DNA of 64,000 nucleotides, filler included, from Sphacelaria rigidula (Eukaryota): the NCBI GenBank assembly GCA_964200075.2. It is 11 parts of 11 records of this genome, joined end to end, with 100 filler letters (N's around TTAATTAATTAA, not from the genome) between each part and the next. Parts side by side here need not be neighbours in the genome. Positions count along the whole stretch, not along the records: positions 11,661 to 17,390 come from CAXNAA020024900.1; positions 17,491 to 23,219 come from CAXNAA020024901.1; positions 23,320 to 29,048 come from CAXNAA020024902.1; 8 more parts are not named here. One strand, written 5' to 3'. How positions within the stretch are numbered: position 1 is the stretch's first letter; each line of letters begins with the position of its first letter. The notes beneath the pieces are model-generated. The model did not search any database. It saw only the letters and a list, made by a program, of their open reading frames with translations, and was not told the DNA's origin. The translations under genes were made by a program, and so were the position numbers. Below, piece by piece: positions 12,163-25,639 of this stretch.

Positions 12163-15100
12163 CGAGGGGGCGAGCATGGGCGTGTGGATATCGGCGCGGA
12201 GGACCCTGCATTAGCGCAACCGGTGCCAGCCGAAAAAGGTGACGCTGGTAATGAGATTGCTGATAATGTAGGTGGTGGAGGATTTCACTCTGAGGGATCG
12301 CCAAAACCTACTACGAAGCTTGCGACGGAAACGGGAAATGAAGCTGGAACGCCAAAGAATACCACGGGGGTCACGCCGACAGTCGGGAGCGATACGGAGG
12401 ACGTCACTGCGGATGGTAGGGTGGGCGCCTCGAAGACCGCTACCCCGCACGTTGGGGGTGTTGCTCCGAACGCTGCGGAGGTCACGGGCACTCCTAAAAT
12501 GAGCGGCGATGCCGTGAAAGTGGCGAGGAGGGGCGGTGGCTCGAGCCCACCGTTGTCCGCCGGTGGTAGCAGATCATCTAAGCGGGTGGCGGCTGCTGCG
12601 GTTGCCGCCGCGGCTAGGGCAGAAGAGGAACAAGCGAAGGCCTCGGCGCGCGCAGAGCGGGAGGCTGAGGAGAAGGCGAAAGCGAAGGAATTGGCCAAGG
12701 AGAGAAGGCGAAAGGTCAAGGCAGATGCGCAGAAGCCTAAAGGTGTGAAGTCGGTGGGCGACAAGGAGGTCAAAGGTCCGCAGGTGGCCACGACAGTGGC
12801 GGCGGCGGGTTCGAAGGAGCAGGAAAATCTGAGGGTTATGTTCGGTACGATGTGGCGATTCTCGAACTGTGTAGATGGGCGGGCGCGCGCGCGGGGGGGG
12901 TGGGGGTGCACTGATCATATTGTATGCCGTAGTCATATGACGATTGACCTCACATCGTTACAAAACCGAGACGGAGCACGCCGGGATTTCGCCGGACCAG
13001 GCTTGCAATCAATCACCAAGCGCAAGTGCTGTGATGTTCTAGTAGATGGGGGAATGTGAGGGGCGAAGCGGATTTTGTTCCCCCTCACACATTTTCATTG
13101 TGTCTCTTTACGTGAAAGAAATGACTGTTGTGCGTGCCACTCATTTGTCATTAGCAAGTTGATTTCATTATTCGCGTGTAAACACGGCATATGAGTTCTT
13201 GTTTCTGATCGTCCATGGCTTCGCCGTTCATCTAACACGATGCTGATTGATGAGCGAGGTGCGTGTACTATTTACTCGATACAGTACTCATCAGTCGTGG
13301 CCCAGCAAAGCTTGTTGTGATGACTTGTTTCTTGCGTGCGTGCTGCCATTGTTTTTGCTGGTGACAGGGGGCACATCGTCTACGGCCAACCTCGCTCCTA
13401 TTTTTCGCCCGCGAAAACCAGCGGCACAAGAGCCTGTCGAGGCACCGGCGGCAGCAGCACAGGTGGAAACTACCGTAGGCGACGCTGTTGACTCGAGCAG
13501 CCAAATGACTTCGAAAGAGGGGGGGGGAGGGGACAAGCAAGAAGGACATGGGGCGGAGGAGGCGGAGGAACCCGACACCGATGAAGATATGCCGCTTGTC
13601 GGTGAAGAGAGAGGGGGGGGCAACGGGGAGCCTGATACTGATGATGGCATGTCCCCTGCGAAGGAAGAGGAGGTGAGGGGCGACGGGGAGCCTAATACTA
13701 GTGGAGCGTCTCCTGTTGAGGCGGACGACACTTGCGCGAGATCGAAGACGTCGACCTTGTCCACGACATATACAGTGTCCACGACGGAGAAAAAGCTTGC
13801 ACCTTTGTTCTGCCGCGCTTCGGCCCCACCGCCGGCAGTATCGTCATCGTCACCATCGCCGCCGCAAAGAAATAAACGGAAGTCGCCCTCGCCATCGTCA
13901 TTCTCCGGCCGATCATGTGGTGGCAGCGGCGGTGACGGCGGCAACGACGATGGTCAAGCCGTGGTGGGAGTAGACAACAACGACGACAAACAAGGAGCAA
14001 ATACTCGTGATTCTTCATCATCGACTTCCTCCAGCGGAAGCAAAAAGGCTCTGAAAACCTCCAAGTCCTCTTCTCCTTCCTCTGCGAGTAGGTCCAGCGA
14101 TTTGGGTCACATTACCGATGCTGCCGGAACAGAAGAAGTCATTTCGGAACATTTTTCGGCCGTGTTGATGGCGGCATCCGACACTGCTACCTCTCCCGCC
14201 ACCGACCACACCAGTCCCCCCGCCCCCGTATCCACAAGAGCAAGGAAAAACGCCTCCGGCGGTAGAAAGGGTTACAACAATGACACGGATTCGAACGGAG
14301 CAACAAACGAAACCCCCCGCCGGCGTTCTCCTCGAGTGACCGCTACTCGAGGAGCCACCCCCACCACCACCACCAATAACAACAGCAACACCGCGCAAAT
14401 CGCCGGAGATGACGATGACATATCCTCCCGCCCGGACCGAAAAAGTACCTCTTCAGACGCCCAAACAACATTGCACTTCGTAGATAGCACCAGCAGCAAC
14501 AACACCAGCAGGAATGATGATAAGGATTCACCGATATTCCAGCGCAAAAGCAAGTCTGGATCGAAGAAGAAAAACGCCTCAGGTGGCCGCGTGGGCAGTA
14601 ACGGTGGGCCCACGGGTAAGGGCAAGAGTCAGGGCAGCGGAACGCAAGGGCGCGGGCGGGTAGGGAGTGGGCAGGGTCGAGTGGACAGTGCGGGGAGTTC
14701 CAAGGGCATGTTCGGGATTTTCGGAGGAGGGGGTGCAACCGGGAAACGTGGAGTGTCTTGTGGTGCCAGTGGTGCTCCTGAAGGTGTAGAGGTACGCTGC
14801 TTTTTGAGAGCGAGTTTGTGCTCGCAACTCCCTGCGCCCCCATACTTGGTACGAGTCCGTAGTTTCAAGGGATCAATGTCTTCTTCTAGTGGTTTGGATG
14901 CATGCTGAGGTTGACAACAAGTTGTGCTGTTTTCACGTTAGAAGCGTGGTGGATGTGTATTTCGATACCCGTCACATGTTTAATGTGGGTTTTAGTGGTT
15001 GCTCTGTGTTGGAAATCGGGGGCAGTACCGACGGTACTCAGGTAGTCGGCGTAGTGCGTCCCTGCACCGACAGTAATCTACGTACGTACAAAATTCGACT

Positions 15101-17266
15101 TGATGGTCGACGATGGAAAGGGATTGCTGAACCCCTCTCGCGATAATGAATAAAAGGCACGCACCGCACAAGGAAGGTGGAGAACGAGAACAAACGAAAA
15201 AGAAGGAAAAACTCCTGTGTTGGCCTTCCTCCAGTGTAACCCCGCCTGGTGCGCCCACATGTACCGAAAGGTGTAGACCGGCGTCCAGAATAGATGGGAC
15301 GACAGCACATGCACAACTGGTTAATGATTTATTTATTTTTTGTCAGCTGTTTTTTTTTTTCTTCTCGAGTTTGTTTGTCCTGCAGCAATAGCGGCTTTAT
15401 TAACGGACTCATTCACGCCTCTGGCCTTTAGGTTTCGATATCAACCACGGGTTTTTGGCCGCGGGCTGAATTCGTATCGAATCAACAGATGGGTGTTAAT
15501 CTTCAATTTTTTTATTTTACCTTTTTACAGGTAATGGAGGTTGAAGACAACGGTGACGACGACAACGACGACGACGTCCGGACGGTCGGCGTAGTCATGA
15601 TCCGTGGCAGCCAATCAGCTAGAGGCGTGGACTCGGCAGCTCACAAAAGTCAGACGGGAATCGGCAGCGCCAACGGCAGCAAGAAGATGAACCCTGTATG
15701 CGTGGAAAATGGTGCGGCGACGGACGGAGGAGGCATTACTGCTGCTGCACTCGCTCCCGCCGCCGTTACTATGACGGACGACCAGATCTTATCAGCTGTA
15801 GAGTGAGTCTTTGTCAGAGTTGGAGCTGTCTCGCATCGTGGCATGTATTACACATTTTCACGACGGACCAAGGTCTGCAACACTGAGTTGTCGGCGTTTT
15901 ACGTACGTCACACTGGACTGTGGAATCCCGTGGCCCCGTGGAATCCCGTGGCACACACGTCCCATGAGGGCCCCACTATAAGGTGGTCAACCTTGATGTA
16001 GGTTGTCCCTCACGTGCCGGAGGAGGAATGGTTCAAGTGATCCCTATGCATGATACTGTAGCGGGGCCCCGCCTTCAAAAGAAACGTCTTGATGGTCTTA
16101 CTGATGGGGCAATTTTCGCTTTATTTTTTCACTTTTTCCCAAAAATTAGCTTGTTCTGACTTCTCCCGAAACGAAATTGCTCACAAAAAAATATAAACGG
16201 CGCTAAAATTTTGGAGAAACCTGTAGTCAGTCCTGAATCGATGTATTGCCTGATCTGTTGAAGAAATTTATCTGCTCTCACATGCTTCGGATTTCTTTCT
16301 CCCCCCCCCCCCCCGCCGAAAAATTCGGATGTTGTGGGGGGAAAGGTGGGCCAGTTACGAGTGATATTTGATCCTTTGGGAACCCATTGACGATTTTTGT
16401 TTTTGTGAATCGGCATCGTTTTTTACTCGAAAAATGACTGAAAATGACGCGGATTCACAAAAGCAAAAAGCGTCAATGGGTTCCAAAAGGATCAACGTGG
16501 GGACAACGGTGCACTGCATTGCGTCTTTAGTTTCACAAAAAGGGGTTGTGTGTATGAAACGCCCTCAGCCTTTGAGATTTGGGGTTGCTTGATCATCTAC
16601 CTTGTTTCTTGACAAACGAATCTCGTCCGTGCCCGCCCCGCACGTATGGACCATCCCGTCCAATGAAGATTGTATGATGTCTTTCAACAGTGAAAAGCTC
16701 TTATTCGTACCCGTACGTACGTGCCTTATTTTTTTTTCTTCTCTTTTTTGCTCCGTGCCCTTGTTTTTTTTTCAGTTATTTCCAATGTTTTATTTTATTT
16801 TATGTTTGTTCATGTTCAATATATATTTTGTCGATTTGATTATTTTTTGGCTAGTTTTTATTCACTCATTGCCTCTTTTTTTGTCATGTCTCGGGTACGT
16901 CTATCATGTGGATAATGACCACGGCTGGATCATGATTCCTGAGAGATCAGTTAGAGTGCGAAAAAGAACAATCAAAACAAATCAAACTACTTATTTTTTA
17001 TTTATTCATTTCGCTGGCCCTTATCTTTTGTTGCACGTTTGTGATGCGACGTGACGTTACACGCCTGCAATAAATACATGAAATACATGAATAAAAATAG
17101 CATGTTCCTGACGAAGGACCAGCGGAAGAGGAAGGCACTGCTGATCAAGGACCAGACCAGTAAACGCAACGCCATAGATGCGGAAAGGAAGCTCTTGAAC
17201 GACAAGGCTCTACGCGACGCATGGGCACAGCAAGCTCATGCCCCGGAGAGCTCTCACGATAAGAAG
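11767..17266 (+). CDS. Large low-complexity/disordered protein, partial multi-exon gene; function uncertain (possibly an ATAD5/Elg1-like N-terminus)
   Basis: Exons ~11767-12844 (corrupted by poly-G and Ns), 13368-14791, 15531-15802 and 17101-~17266. Splice phases match throughout (1, 0, 2): TTCG|GTACG..ACAG|GG, GAG|GTACG..TACAG|GTA, GA|GTGAGT..ATAG|C. S/T/G/K-rich with a coiled-coil stretch and LAPIF/LAPLF motifs. Confidence 0.75.
12893..13040 (-). mobile_element. C-run-flanked element, 5'-truncated copy in an intron
   Basis: G-run followed by GTGCACTGATCAT..GCCGTAGTCATATGAC.ATTGACCTC..CACGCCGGG.TTTCGCCGGACCAGGCT..CAATCACCAAGCGCAA. Confidence 0.75.
15075..15316 (+). mobile_element. SINE family A body and 3' end (intronic)
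   Basis: CTCGCGATAATGAA..GCACCGCA.AAGGAAGGTG..CCCCG.CTGGTGCGCCC..TACCGAAAGGTGTAGAC..CCAGAATAGATGGGACGAC plus a CA-rich tail. Shared with 46090-46310, 31815-31880 and 52781-52972. Confidence 0.75.
16368..16495. mobile_element. ~125-bp palindromic piggyBac-like MITE
   Basis: TTGA-TCCTTTGGGAACCCATTGACG...CGTCAATGGGTTCCAAAAGGA-TCAA, with the internal TGAATCGGCATC motif shared by the family. Confidence 0.6.
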
Positions 17267-17799
17267 GCAAGAGGCAGTCATGTACGACTCAGTGATGCCG
17301 CGATCCCCCCCCCCCCCCCCCAGAAAAAAAGCTGGGTTGAGGAGGAAAAGTTAATTTTGAAGGCCACATGACAGAGGCCCTGGCACACCGNNNNNNNNNN
17401 NNNNNNNNNNNNNNNNNNNNNNNNNNNNNNNNNNTTAATTAATTAANNNNNNNNNNNNNNNNNNNNNNNNNNNNNNNNNNNNNNNNNNNNTGCTTTTTCT
17501 TCCGCCGTCCTACCGCCCCCCACCGCCGCCCACCCACTCCCTTTCCCCCCCCCCCCCCCCCCCGTCCCCTCGCCGCGCTACATCCAAGACGCCTGTATAT
17601 CAAGACCAAAACTGAGTTCAAGTGCAAAACGAACATATACCATGCGTTCATTTTTTTCCCATGTCAATCAGTGGTAGGAGGAGAGATGCATCATTTTCTC
17701 GGTGAGAGTTTCGACCGTTATCCGTTGTTCAAGGGGCAGTCACGGTCGGTCGTATGTCACATGATACGGAACTGTGATCCGTAGAGAAAGATTCCGCGG

Positions 17800-20700
17800 T
17801 CAGCATGTACGGGCGTGTACGTAGCATGCGGTCTTGCTCAAAACGGCGCGATCACGCATTGGTTTGAGCTCTACGAACGCACACATGCCCAAAGCACCCT
17901 CGAAGGCACCCTGTCGACACTTGAACCCCGCGGACTCAGGAGTGCACGGTCGGTGCTGAAGTTTGAGATAGTACAGGGGTAGTGGCATCAGCTTATGAGG
18001 TTTCACTCCGGGCGTCAGGGTTATTTCTACTACCACAAACAGCCATGCACATATCCTGGCGAATCATGTTATGGTTTCTGTTTTGTTGTGCAAACCACAG
18101 CTGACCTTCACGTTGGTGGAGACGGCGGCAGCGGCCTCTGAAAAGCTGCTCTCGCTTCCGATCACGATATCGGCGGCGGCAAGGCAGTCGAACGTGTCCA
18201 TCGCCGATTCGTGCAGGAAAATTTCCTGCCGTACATGCACACGCACACGCGGATGTAGGGGAGGGGCACGCTCTAGATGCACACCAACCGTTCCACGTTG
18301 AGAAGAAAGTACTACGTACAGTACCGGCAAACTTGGGAGGGGGAAAACATATAACTAGGTGAGCCATAGTGACCCTCTCCTGTGAAATTGGATAAAGCTT
18401 TTACTTGGCAACGAATGTCACGGCAGTATCACACGGCGTAATTGAACAGGGTGCTACACATTCTATCTCTACATGTAAAGAGAGAAGTGGCGATGAGCAC
18501 GGGGGAACAACGCGGCCAGGATACCCCTTCAGTAATCGATGATATTTTGCTCATGGGGGGAAAAGGAGGAATATATGAATCCCAGCTTCGACGGCACTGT
18601 CACGACGCGTGTCGCGAACGTCATCAACGGGAACTGACACCCAGCGCCAACCACCCCCGCCCTGGACCCTCCTCCTGATGACACGCGGCTGAGGAAAAAA
18701 GCACGAAAGTATTGTCGATGCAACAGCCACAGCCGAAGCAACAACTCCGATTGTATACATCTACACTTAACTTGAGACCGTAAACAACCCACGCCCCTCG
18801 CTCTGATGTAAGGCTCACTGGTCAGGTTTACTTCGAGCACCGGTGGACATCACTAACCACTTACAGGTTCACATGCTCTACAGGACAAACGCGTTCTTGG
18901 TTTTAGCAAACCCATTTCCTGCTACAAACTGAAAGTCTTATCACAGACCGCTGACAGGGAGGGCTACACAGGTGACAAATTCAAACCGTGCCCGAATCGG
19001 CCGAGAGGATGATACTCGCAGGTTGACTTGCAATAGTACATGGGCCAAACGGTAACTTTGACGGTATGTCTTGAGATAATGCATTGGTGTAATATCTGCA
19101 CGAGCGCAAAATGCGCGGTTGTTGCCGCACAAAATGGCGGCCGTACGTTTGTGAGCTTGCATACCCCTTATATTGTGGCTTACCTGATAGCACTCCAAAC
19201 CCATATCCTGGCAAGTATCCCGTGGTACGTTCCACTCCACCGGTTCACCGTGTTCATCCACCAGTTGGAACTCTCCCAACTGCCGAGGGCATTCGGTGAA
19301 CACAAGGATGGCTACGCGCGGCGTGCCGTCGGTATTCACGCCATCGTTTTCGTCTTGATAAATTCCCGCGATGGCTTGGAGAGCTGAGGCTACAGTCGCG
19401 ACGAAGTACGCATGGGGAATCACCCTCTTACCACCTTTGAAATGTATCATGTCGCCTCGCCGGACGTGAACGGCCACTACCCACGGTCGCCGTAACTTGG
19501 CGGTGCTCTTCGGTGCTCCGATCTGGAAAAAGAACGGGTCAGGGGTGCAGCAAAAATGTCGAGAAGAACAGAAATGTCGATGAAAAGAATAGGAGGAAAG
19601 TCAGGGGGACGGGAGAGAGGGTCTCCTGCGCGCCACAGTGTGTGTTCTACCTTCCAATCCTGATATTTCATGCCAGACATCAGCTGCCTTGCGCTTCGTT
19701 TCATGCCTGCCACCATGAGCAACCGCCCGAGTTGCATTGATCTACTACAACCCGAAACCAAAATGGATCCAGAGAGCCGAGCTGCATCTACAAAAACGGA
19801 CAACGAGAGTGTGATCTCAATGTAACACGATGGACGATCGGGTGAGAAATGAACAACTGCACGGCCACGTCGGCGTTGACTCCGCTGAGCATGGATCTTT
19901 TTGTAAACAAGAATGTTCTCCTCTCCGGCATGCAGCGCCCCAGTCCGCAGCGCATCCGCCGTAACATGAAAATCCAATCGCGTGAAAGCGAAAAGTACCT
20001 CGTGCGAACGAACACTAACGTCGATATCGCGACCCTCGTGAGCTTCATGGCCGTACGCGTGGCCCATCGCCGCCGCTTCCCCCGTCCGTGCCGAAACAAA
20101 CTCCAATAACTCAGAAGATTTTGCGAAGAACGAACGGCACTGATCTCTCCCGCCCGACTTGCTCCAAAAAATATCCCGCAAGCTCTGCCGAACGTAGCGG
20201 CACACCCCAGGATTTGCAGGCGGCGGAGAGATCGGCCAACCCCAGTCCTTGATCTTCCTCACCCTGGCTTCGTCGACAGTGTATACCACAGACGTTCGAT
20301 TTCGTTCCGAGTCGAACCACTCGAATTCATTTCCTTCCGGGAGCGGCACCTTTTGGTTCTGCGCGCGTTCATATTCCTCGGGGTCGCGAACCGCCAGTAG
20401 AGGGTTTTCTGTTAACCCGAACCATTGACCGAAATCTCCGATGCCGTGACCGGCGAGAAACGGCCCCGAAAATTCCGGTTCGAGGTCAAACAGCATTGCC
20501 CGATTGAGGGCCCACGCAATTCTCATGAGGTTTGCTCCTATGCCTTCCTTCGGAGGCAGTTTGCCGAATTTGAGGTGGCGGTTATGAGGTTCGCCGGTCC
20601 ACCAGCTGCACGGGGATCGCCATTCTTCTCTAGCGGCACAGCGCTCCGAAGGGAAGGTTTGTGCTGTTGAGGTTGGTGATACTAACCAAAGTCCGTTCTT

Positions 20701-20860
20701 GCTGAAGCCCGTTCGTGCAGATTCTGCGGCCACCGTGGCTGCCTCTGTTGTCGCTGCCATCGCTGTCGGTGATGTTCTGGGCTTTGATGTTGTTGCTTTT
20801 GCGGATGTCGCAACAGCTTTTGTTTTTGGTGATGCTGGTGCGAACCTCTCGTCGCTGCTG
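17800..20860 (-). CDS. Fucosyltransferase-like glycosyltransferase (GT11/GT23-type GDP-fucose motifs), partial multi-exon gene
   Basis: Exons ~20860-20020/19999 (S/T/A-rich stem; EGIGANLMRIAWALNRA), 19522-19184 (WVVAVHVRRGD..IPHAYF..ILVFTE) and 18225-18106 (DTFDCLAAADIVIGSESSFS). A last exon at 17991-17800 is tentative. Joins are phase-0 GT-AG. VHVRRGD, VFxE/D and DxxIGSxSSFS correspond to fucosyltransferase motifs I-III. Confidence 0.75.
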
Positions 20861-23319
20861 TGTACTGTGATGTCCGCAAATAAAAGATGAAGTTTATCGT
20901 ACAACACCGGGGCGGTATTCAGATTATGTGGAAAAATCGGCACAACAGGGAAAGGGGTCGGGAAGGGGGGTAGGTTAAATGGAAGTATGGACGGCTGCAA
21001 CGCGGGAGCCGTCTTGTGGCTGGCTGCATGGGGCGGATGCTTCTACAATTATCAGGTCCGTGTTTCGTTCCCCCACACCTTCCTTGCATACGTGTTGTTA
21101 CAACTTACCCTCATCGACTCGGGGCTCCGCTGGCTCCCGCTGTGGGACTTGCGGTGAGTGGCGGAGGGTCCAGTTCCATCCTGAGAACTGTACTGAATTC
21201 TATCGGTTGGTGATGTTGTTCAGATCCAGCATCAAAGGAGCGGGGGGTGAGACCATCTGAAAAGACAAGGCCCGTGGCCTGGTTGTGCGGGTTCTCATCG
21301 ACCACAAGTCCTTCCGGCCTTACCGCCAAGGTGATCTACTCGGCGACCTATCATCGCCAAAAAATATATGCTCACGATTTTTAGGGCATGGAGGAAGATG
21401 AACGAGTGGCTTTCACGTCCTTTCATCGTAGCGTCGGCGAAAGGATTGCATGCGCGTTAAGTAATCATCATCGCCGCGGCTGGAGAGGGCGGCAACTACC
21501 GAGGTCTCGAGGAAGCAATCAAATTGCTTCAAAAGAGTTTCTTCGACCAATGCTCCACGAGAAGGAAGCACGCGCTGAGCAGTGGGGACGCGACGGATCT
21601 GTGAGTACCAGTTCGAATATTTATTGCATAGGTATGGCATGTTGTAAACTCCTACAAACAATGTGGTGTTGTTAACAGAGGGATGAAAATCCTGGGCAGT
21701 GGGTAAGCATTGTGGGATATCCGGTTGTCGTACAACAGTACTCCTCACCCACATGCTTCTCTATAAATTGATATTGCGGCGAATTTTCCTCATGATGACA
21801 CCACTCCTCCCGAAATTTAATATATCAGTACAGGAAAACGGCCCAGCCATAGCGCCTGCTTCGATATTTGCCGTCTTGAGGCGCTAGCTCTGATGACCGA
21901 TGTCATCCACGAGAACACACAGTCCTCCCCCAGCGGGACTAAGACTAAACACGAAGCCCAGGACTTCAGGATGCGCTACTATGAACAATTTTCCGTTAGA
22001 TCTGTGACCCACGCCGTCAAGCGCTGACCAGGACGGTCTTGCCTGAGATACGTGGTTGAGGTAGCTTTCAAGCAGCGTAGTTGGTAGTAGCTCGAAGAAG
22101 CCCTGACAATTTCGTTGTCACACTGACTGCCTGTTGCAAGAATTCGATGCTTACAATTGCACAAGTACGAGAAGCTCTGACAGTTCAATCTAATCCTATA
22201 GGATCGAAACGGCTGTCAAAAGCTGAGAGAAGGCGCTCCCTTTGAGTTCGGTCAGACGTGAGAAAAGACGATGCCATAGTTTTGCCAGACACGTTGGGAT
22301 TTTGGATAGAGCGATGAGTCTAGAACCTAAGTCAAATGCATCCGTTCATGTTCGGAATATAAATTCGTTTCGAAAAGAAGCTTCACAGGCTGAAAACTGC
22401 CGAATTTCATTCGAAGAAAACTCCATAAGCTCGGCAATGTTCCGAAGAGCTCGCAAAAACTATGGCATCGTTTTTACACCTGAGGGGGCCGGGGAAAGGG
22501 CACGTTCTTGGCTTTTGACAGCCGATTTGATTATGTGGAACGAGATTGAAATGTCAGAGCTTTTCGTACTTGTAAACTTGTAAGCATCGAATTGCTACAG
22601 GCAGGCAGTGCGACAACAAAGTAATCCGGACTTCTTTAATCTACTGCCGACTACGCTGCTTGAAACTCACGAGCTAGTCCAGCCTAGACGCCAGTTTGTA
22701 GTTTACGAGCCCCGTCTCACGTCAATTTTGATAATTGTACTTTCACATTTAGCACGAAGAGTGAATAAATAGAGCAAGAAAAAAACTGTTTTCGCGGAGC
22801 AGGAAGTTTGAATTTTTCATGAGTTAACGGTACTTTATTAAATATATGGCGTGAATCTCTTCACATATCGTTATTTTGAATTACCCGAGTTTGTTTCTGC
22901 ACCATATCAGAAAAGAGCGTGATCGGCCAAATAACAGCTCCTCCTGTCACTTCAGCCCGTAAAGTCTAATATTGAGCGGAGATATGATTGTTGTCTGAGT
23001 CTCTGGAACAGATGCGTTGATTCTCCCAGTCACCATACTTGGGGAAGAAATTTTCACTGGGATGAGCTGTGCCACGCAAATAAAAATCATGGAAAATCTG
23101 TGGATCCACGAAAAACGACAGAAATCCTCCGTTTCAGCTAAATGAAGATATGCGGGTGATGAGCTCCAACCACTCTCCACGGACCAGTCCACGTCGCCAT
23201 CAATTTTGGCGTAACTCCCNNNNNNNNNNNNNNNNNNNNNNNNNNNNNNNNNNNNNNNNNNNNTTAATTAATTAANNNNNNNNNNNNNNNNNNNNNNNNN
23301 NNNNNNNNNNNNNNNNNNN

Positions 23320-23428
23320 CGGTGGAAATCATACATTACGAAGAAAAAACCCAACGCATCGGGCATCGAACCCCCGTTCTCTCCACCCTAATGGCGAGAG
23401 TCGGACCATTACACCACCGGGGCCCGGC
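23320..23428 (-). mobile_element. tRNA-derived SINE family B head
   Basis: GAAGAAAAAACCCAACGCATCG..ATCGAACCC..CTCCACCCTAATG..CACCACCGGGGC matches 48535-48624. Confidence 0.7.
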
Positions 23429-23429
23429 G

Positions 23430-24000
23430 GATAGTAGGGACTTGCTAAAAAAAGGCGCCGCGTTTGTCTTCACCAAAGACATGGAAACTATCGTTCGTGA
23501 CTTGTCGGAAACACTCACCGAAAACCCGATCCTTTGTTTCCCAGACTGGGATACAGTACAAGATGGCCCTCGCCTCTTTCAACTGCACACAGACGCCAGC
23601 ACCGACGGGTTCGGCGCGGTCCTGAATCAGCCTCAACTCGATGGCTCTATTCGGCCCATCCTCTATATCAGTCGCGCCACCCTGACAAACGAGGCCAACT
23701 GAGCCCACTGGAGTTGGAAGGCGGAGTCATCACTTGGGCCATAAAGCGTCTTCGACTATACGTGTTCCTCTTACCTTTCCAAATCTACACGGGTCACGGA
23801 GCACTTGAACACCTCGCCAAGGTTGGCGAACATAATCCGCCCGTGCAACGCTGGTTGGAGTTTCTGACAGCTCATCAGTATATTGTCAAACGCCGCCCAG
23901 GCAAAACCAAAAAAACCAATGGGCATGCTGACCTTCTCTCCCGCCTGCCCCTTCCTCCAACGGCCGTAGACTTTAGCCCAGCTTGCTGATCAACTGAACC
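23430..24000 (+). mobile_element. Ty3/gypsy LTR retrotransposon relic: RT connection and RNase H
   Basis: PILCFPDW..FQLHTDASTDGFGAVLNQ..RPILYISR, then after a frameshift at ~23700 SPLELE..TWAIKRLRLY..IYTGH.AL..VQRWLEFL..RPGK..NGHADLLSR. Confidence 0.9.
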
Positions 24001-25639
24001 CGATAAACCAGGCGCGTATCCTATCCGTCATTTCTCACCGCCCATTTACGCTCTTGACTTTTTTTGCCGAGAGACGGGTATGCACATGGGCGGCCCTCGC
24101 CCCCTCCCGTATGATGCAGTCTTGGATGGGCTAAAGCCCACAAACGCCGATTTCGTCGATTTACGCACTATCGGCCCTCGCGCAAGTATTTCAGTTTTGC
24201 CATCTCCAGTTGTCCATCTCATTGCCGACAATACGCGCTCTCGGTCTGCCGCCCGCGCCAACCCTCCCCGCGCCCTGCCGCCACCGACAACACCTACTGC
24301 TCCCACGAGCAGCGTAGCACCGGCTCCCCGGAACAGCGCACCATGAGCCTTGACAACACCCGCTACGCGCAATTTACTCAACAAGCGCCGAGCACGCTCT
24401 GCCGCGCGCACTACTTCGACAACGCCGCCCTCCGCGGCACTGTCAGTGCCCATCCCTTCTGATAATCCCAATGTACATATCGACGTTGGCACCTCCGCCC
24501 CGTCGCCTGTTCCATCGCTTCCTGAGCCACCATGTCTGGTTGGCTGTCCGGCGCAAGGCCAACTGCGTGGTCAATGGTCAAACGACTAAGGCAAGCAACA
24601 AATGAGTACGCCCCCCCCCCCCCATCGCATTGTACTTCACGTTGCACGCCTTTTTCAAGGCAGGTATCATACTTCAAACGCCCTGCCATGGAAACGAGTG
24701 GGGTGCGCTCTCGCTATACGCGACGGATGTGTCGTGACGGAGTCGGGCGAAGAAGTGGAGCTCACTTGGATCTGCGTCAGACCAGAGCAGTTGCCGCGAT
24801 GCTACACCGCAACTGCATTTCCCCTCCCTTGTTCCTGGATTGTCTGGCATTCCCTCCTTCTTCCGTTAATATCTTGCACCATTTAGAGCTTTCCTTGGTA
24901 GATGGACTTGCGTGGGTGTTATCTTGTTCAACATAGGTCGTGAGTGTCACGTAGAAATACAACGTTTTTCCCTTGTGAATTGAACGTTTGATGTGGCGGG
25001 TCGCAGCGATGCTCGCGCACAGAGGTGTGGGAGATAATTTATTTATTTTTTCTTCGCTTCATGGTTTTGTACGAGTGCAGTGTAGAAAAGCCCTTTTTCG
25101 TTGATTTTTGAAGTTCCTCGGCGCAATTGCGTTGTGCCGAGGTGATGATGATTCAACCGCATAATGACTCGTCTAGGGTGGACTGATGAAGCTCAGTGGC
25201 ATTGCAAGATATCACGATGGGCGGGTCTGTTCGTAGACCCTGGGTTCCGTGACGCGCTGTTACCGCGTTTGTTATTGTCACGAGTTAGGATTGTTCCGGC
25301 GTAGCCAGATGCCCCCGACCCACCCTCGATTAGTTGCTGGCTCTGCCTTGGTCGTTGACCTGGTTCTGCTACTCTGGCACCATCACTACGCTCCGCTCCT
25401 ATGGCTGCGCCCCGGCTGTCCTGAGTAAGAGAGCTGCTTGTAGATATAATATGATCCTATCAAACACGTGAGTCTCCAATCAGCAGTTACATAAATGAAC
25501 CTACTGTGTGAATTGTGTGCTTGATGGTAGCTAAGGTCTGTGTGATGTTGTCCACGATTGGGATCTTGGTGGGTTGGCACCATGGTATCCCCGGGCACTC
25601 ATACTGAGAGACCCCAGCCAATGCATTAGCTAAACCATC

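Noticed and set aside
11948..12172. Poly-Gly/poly-Pro ORFs or a G-quadruplex cluster
   Set aside because: Long pure G/C runs around a 10-N gap look like sequencing or gap-filling error in a GGC repeat. They shift the frame of an otherwise coherent exon.
19477..21000. 507-aa single-exon ORF as a complete protein
   Set aside because: Only ~20860-20000 is exon. The rest reads through intron, and the conserved VHVRRGD exon is in another frame after an acceptor at 19522.
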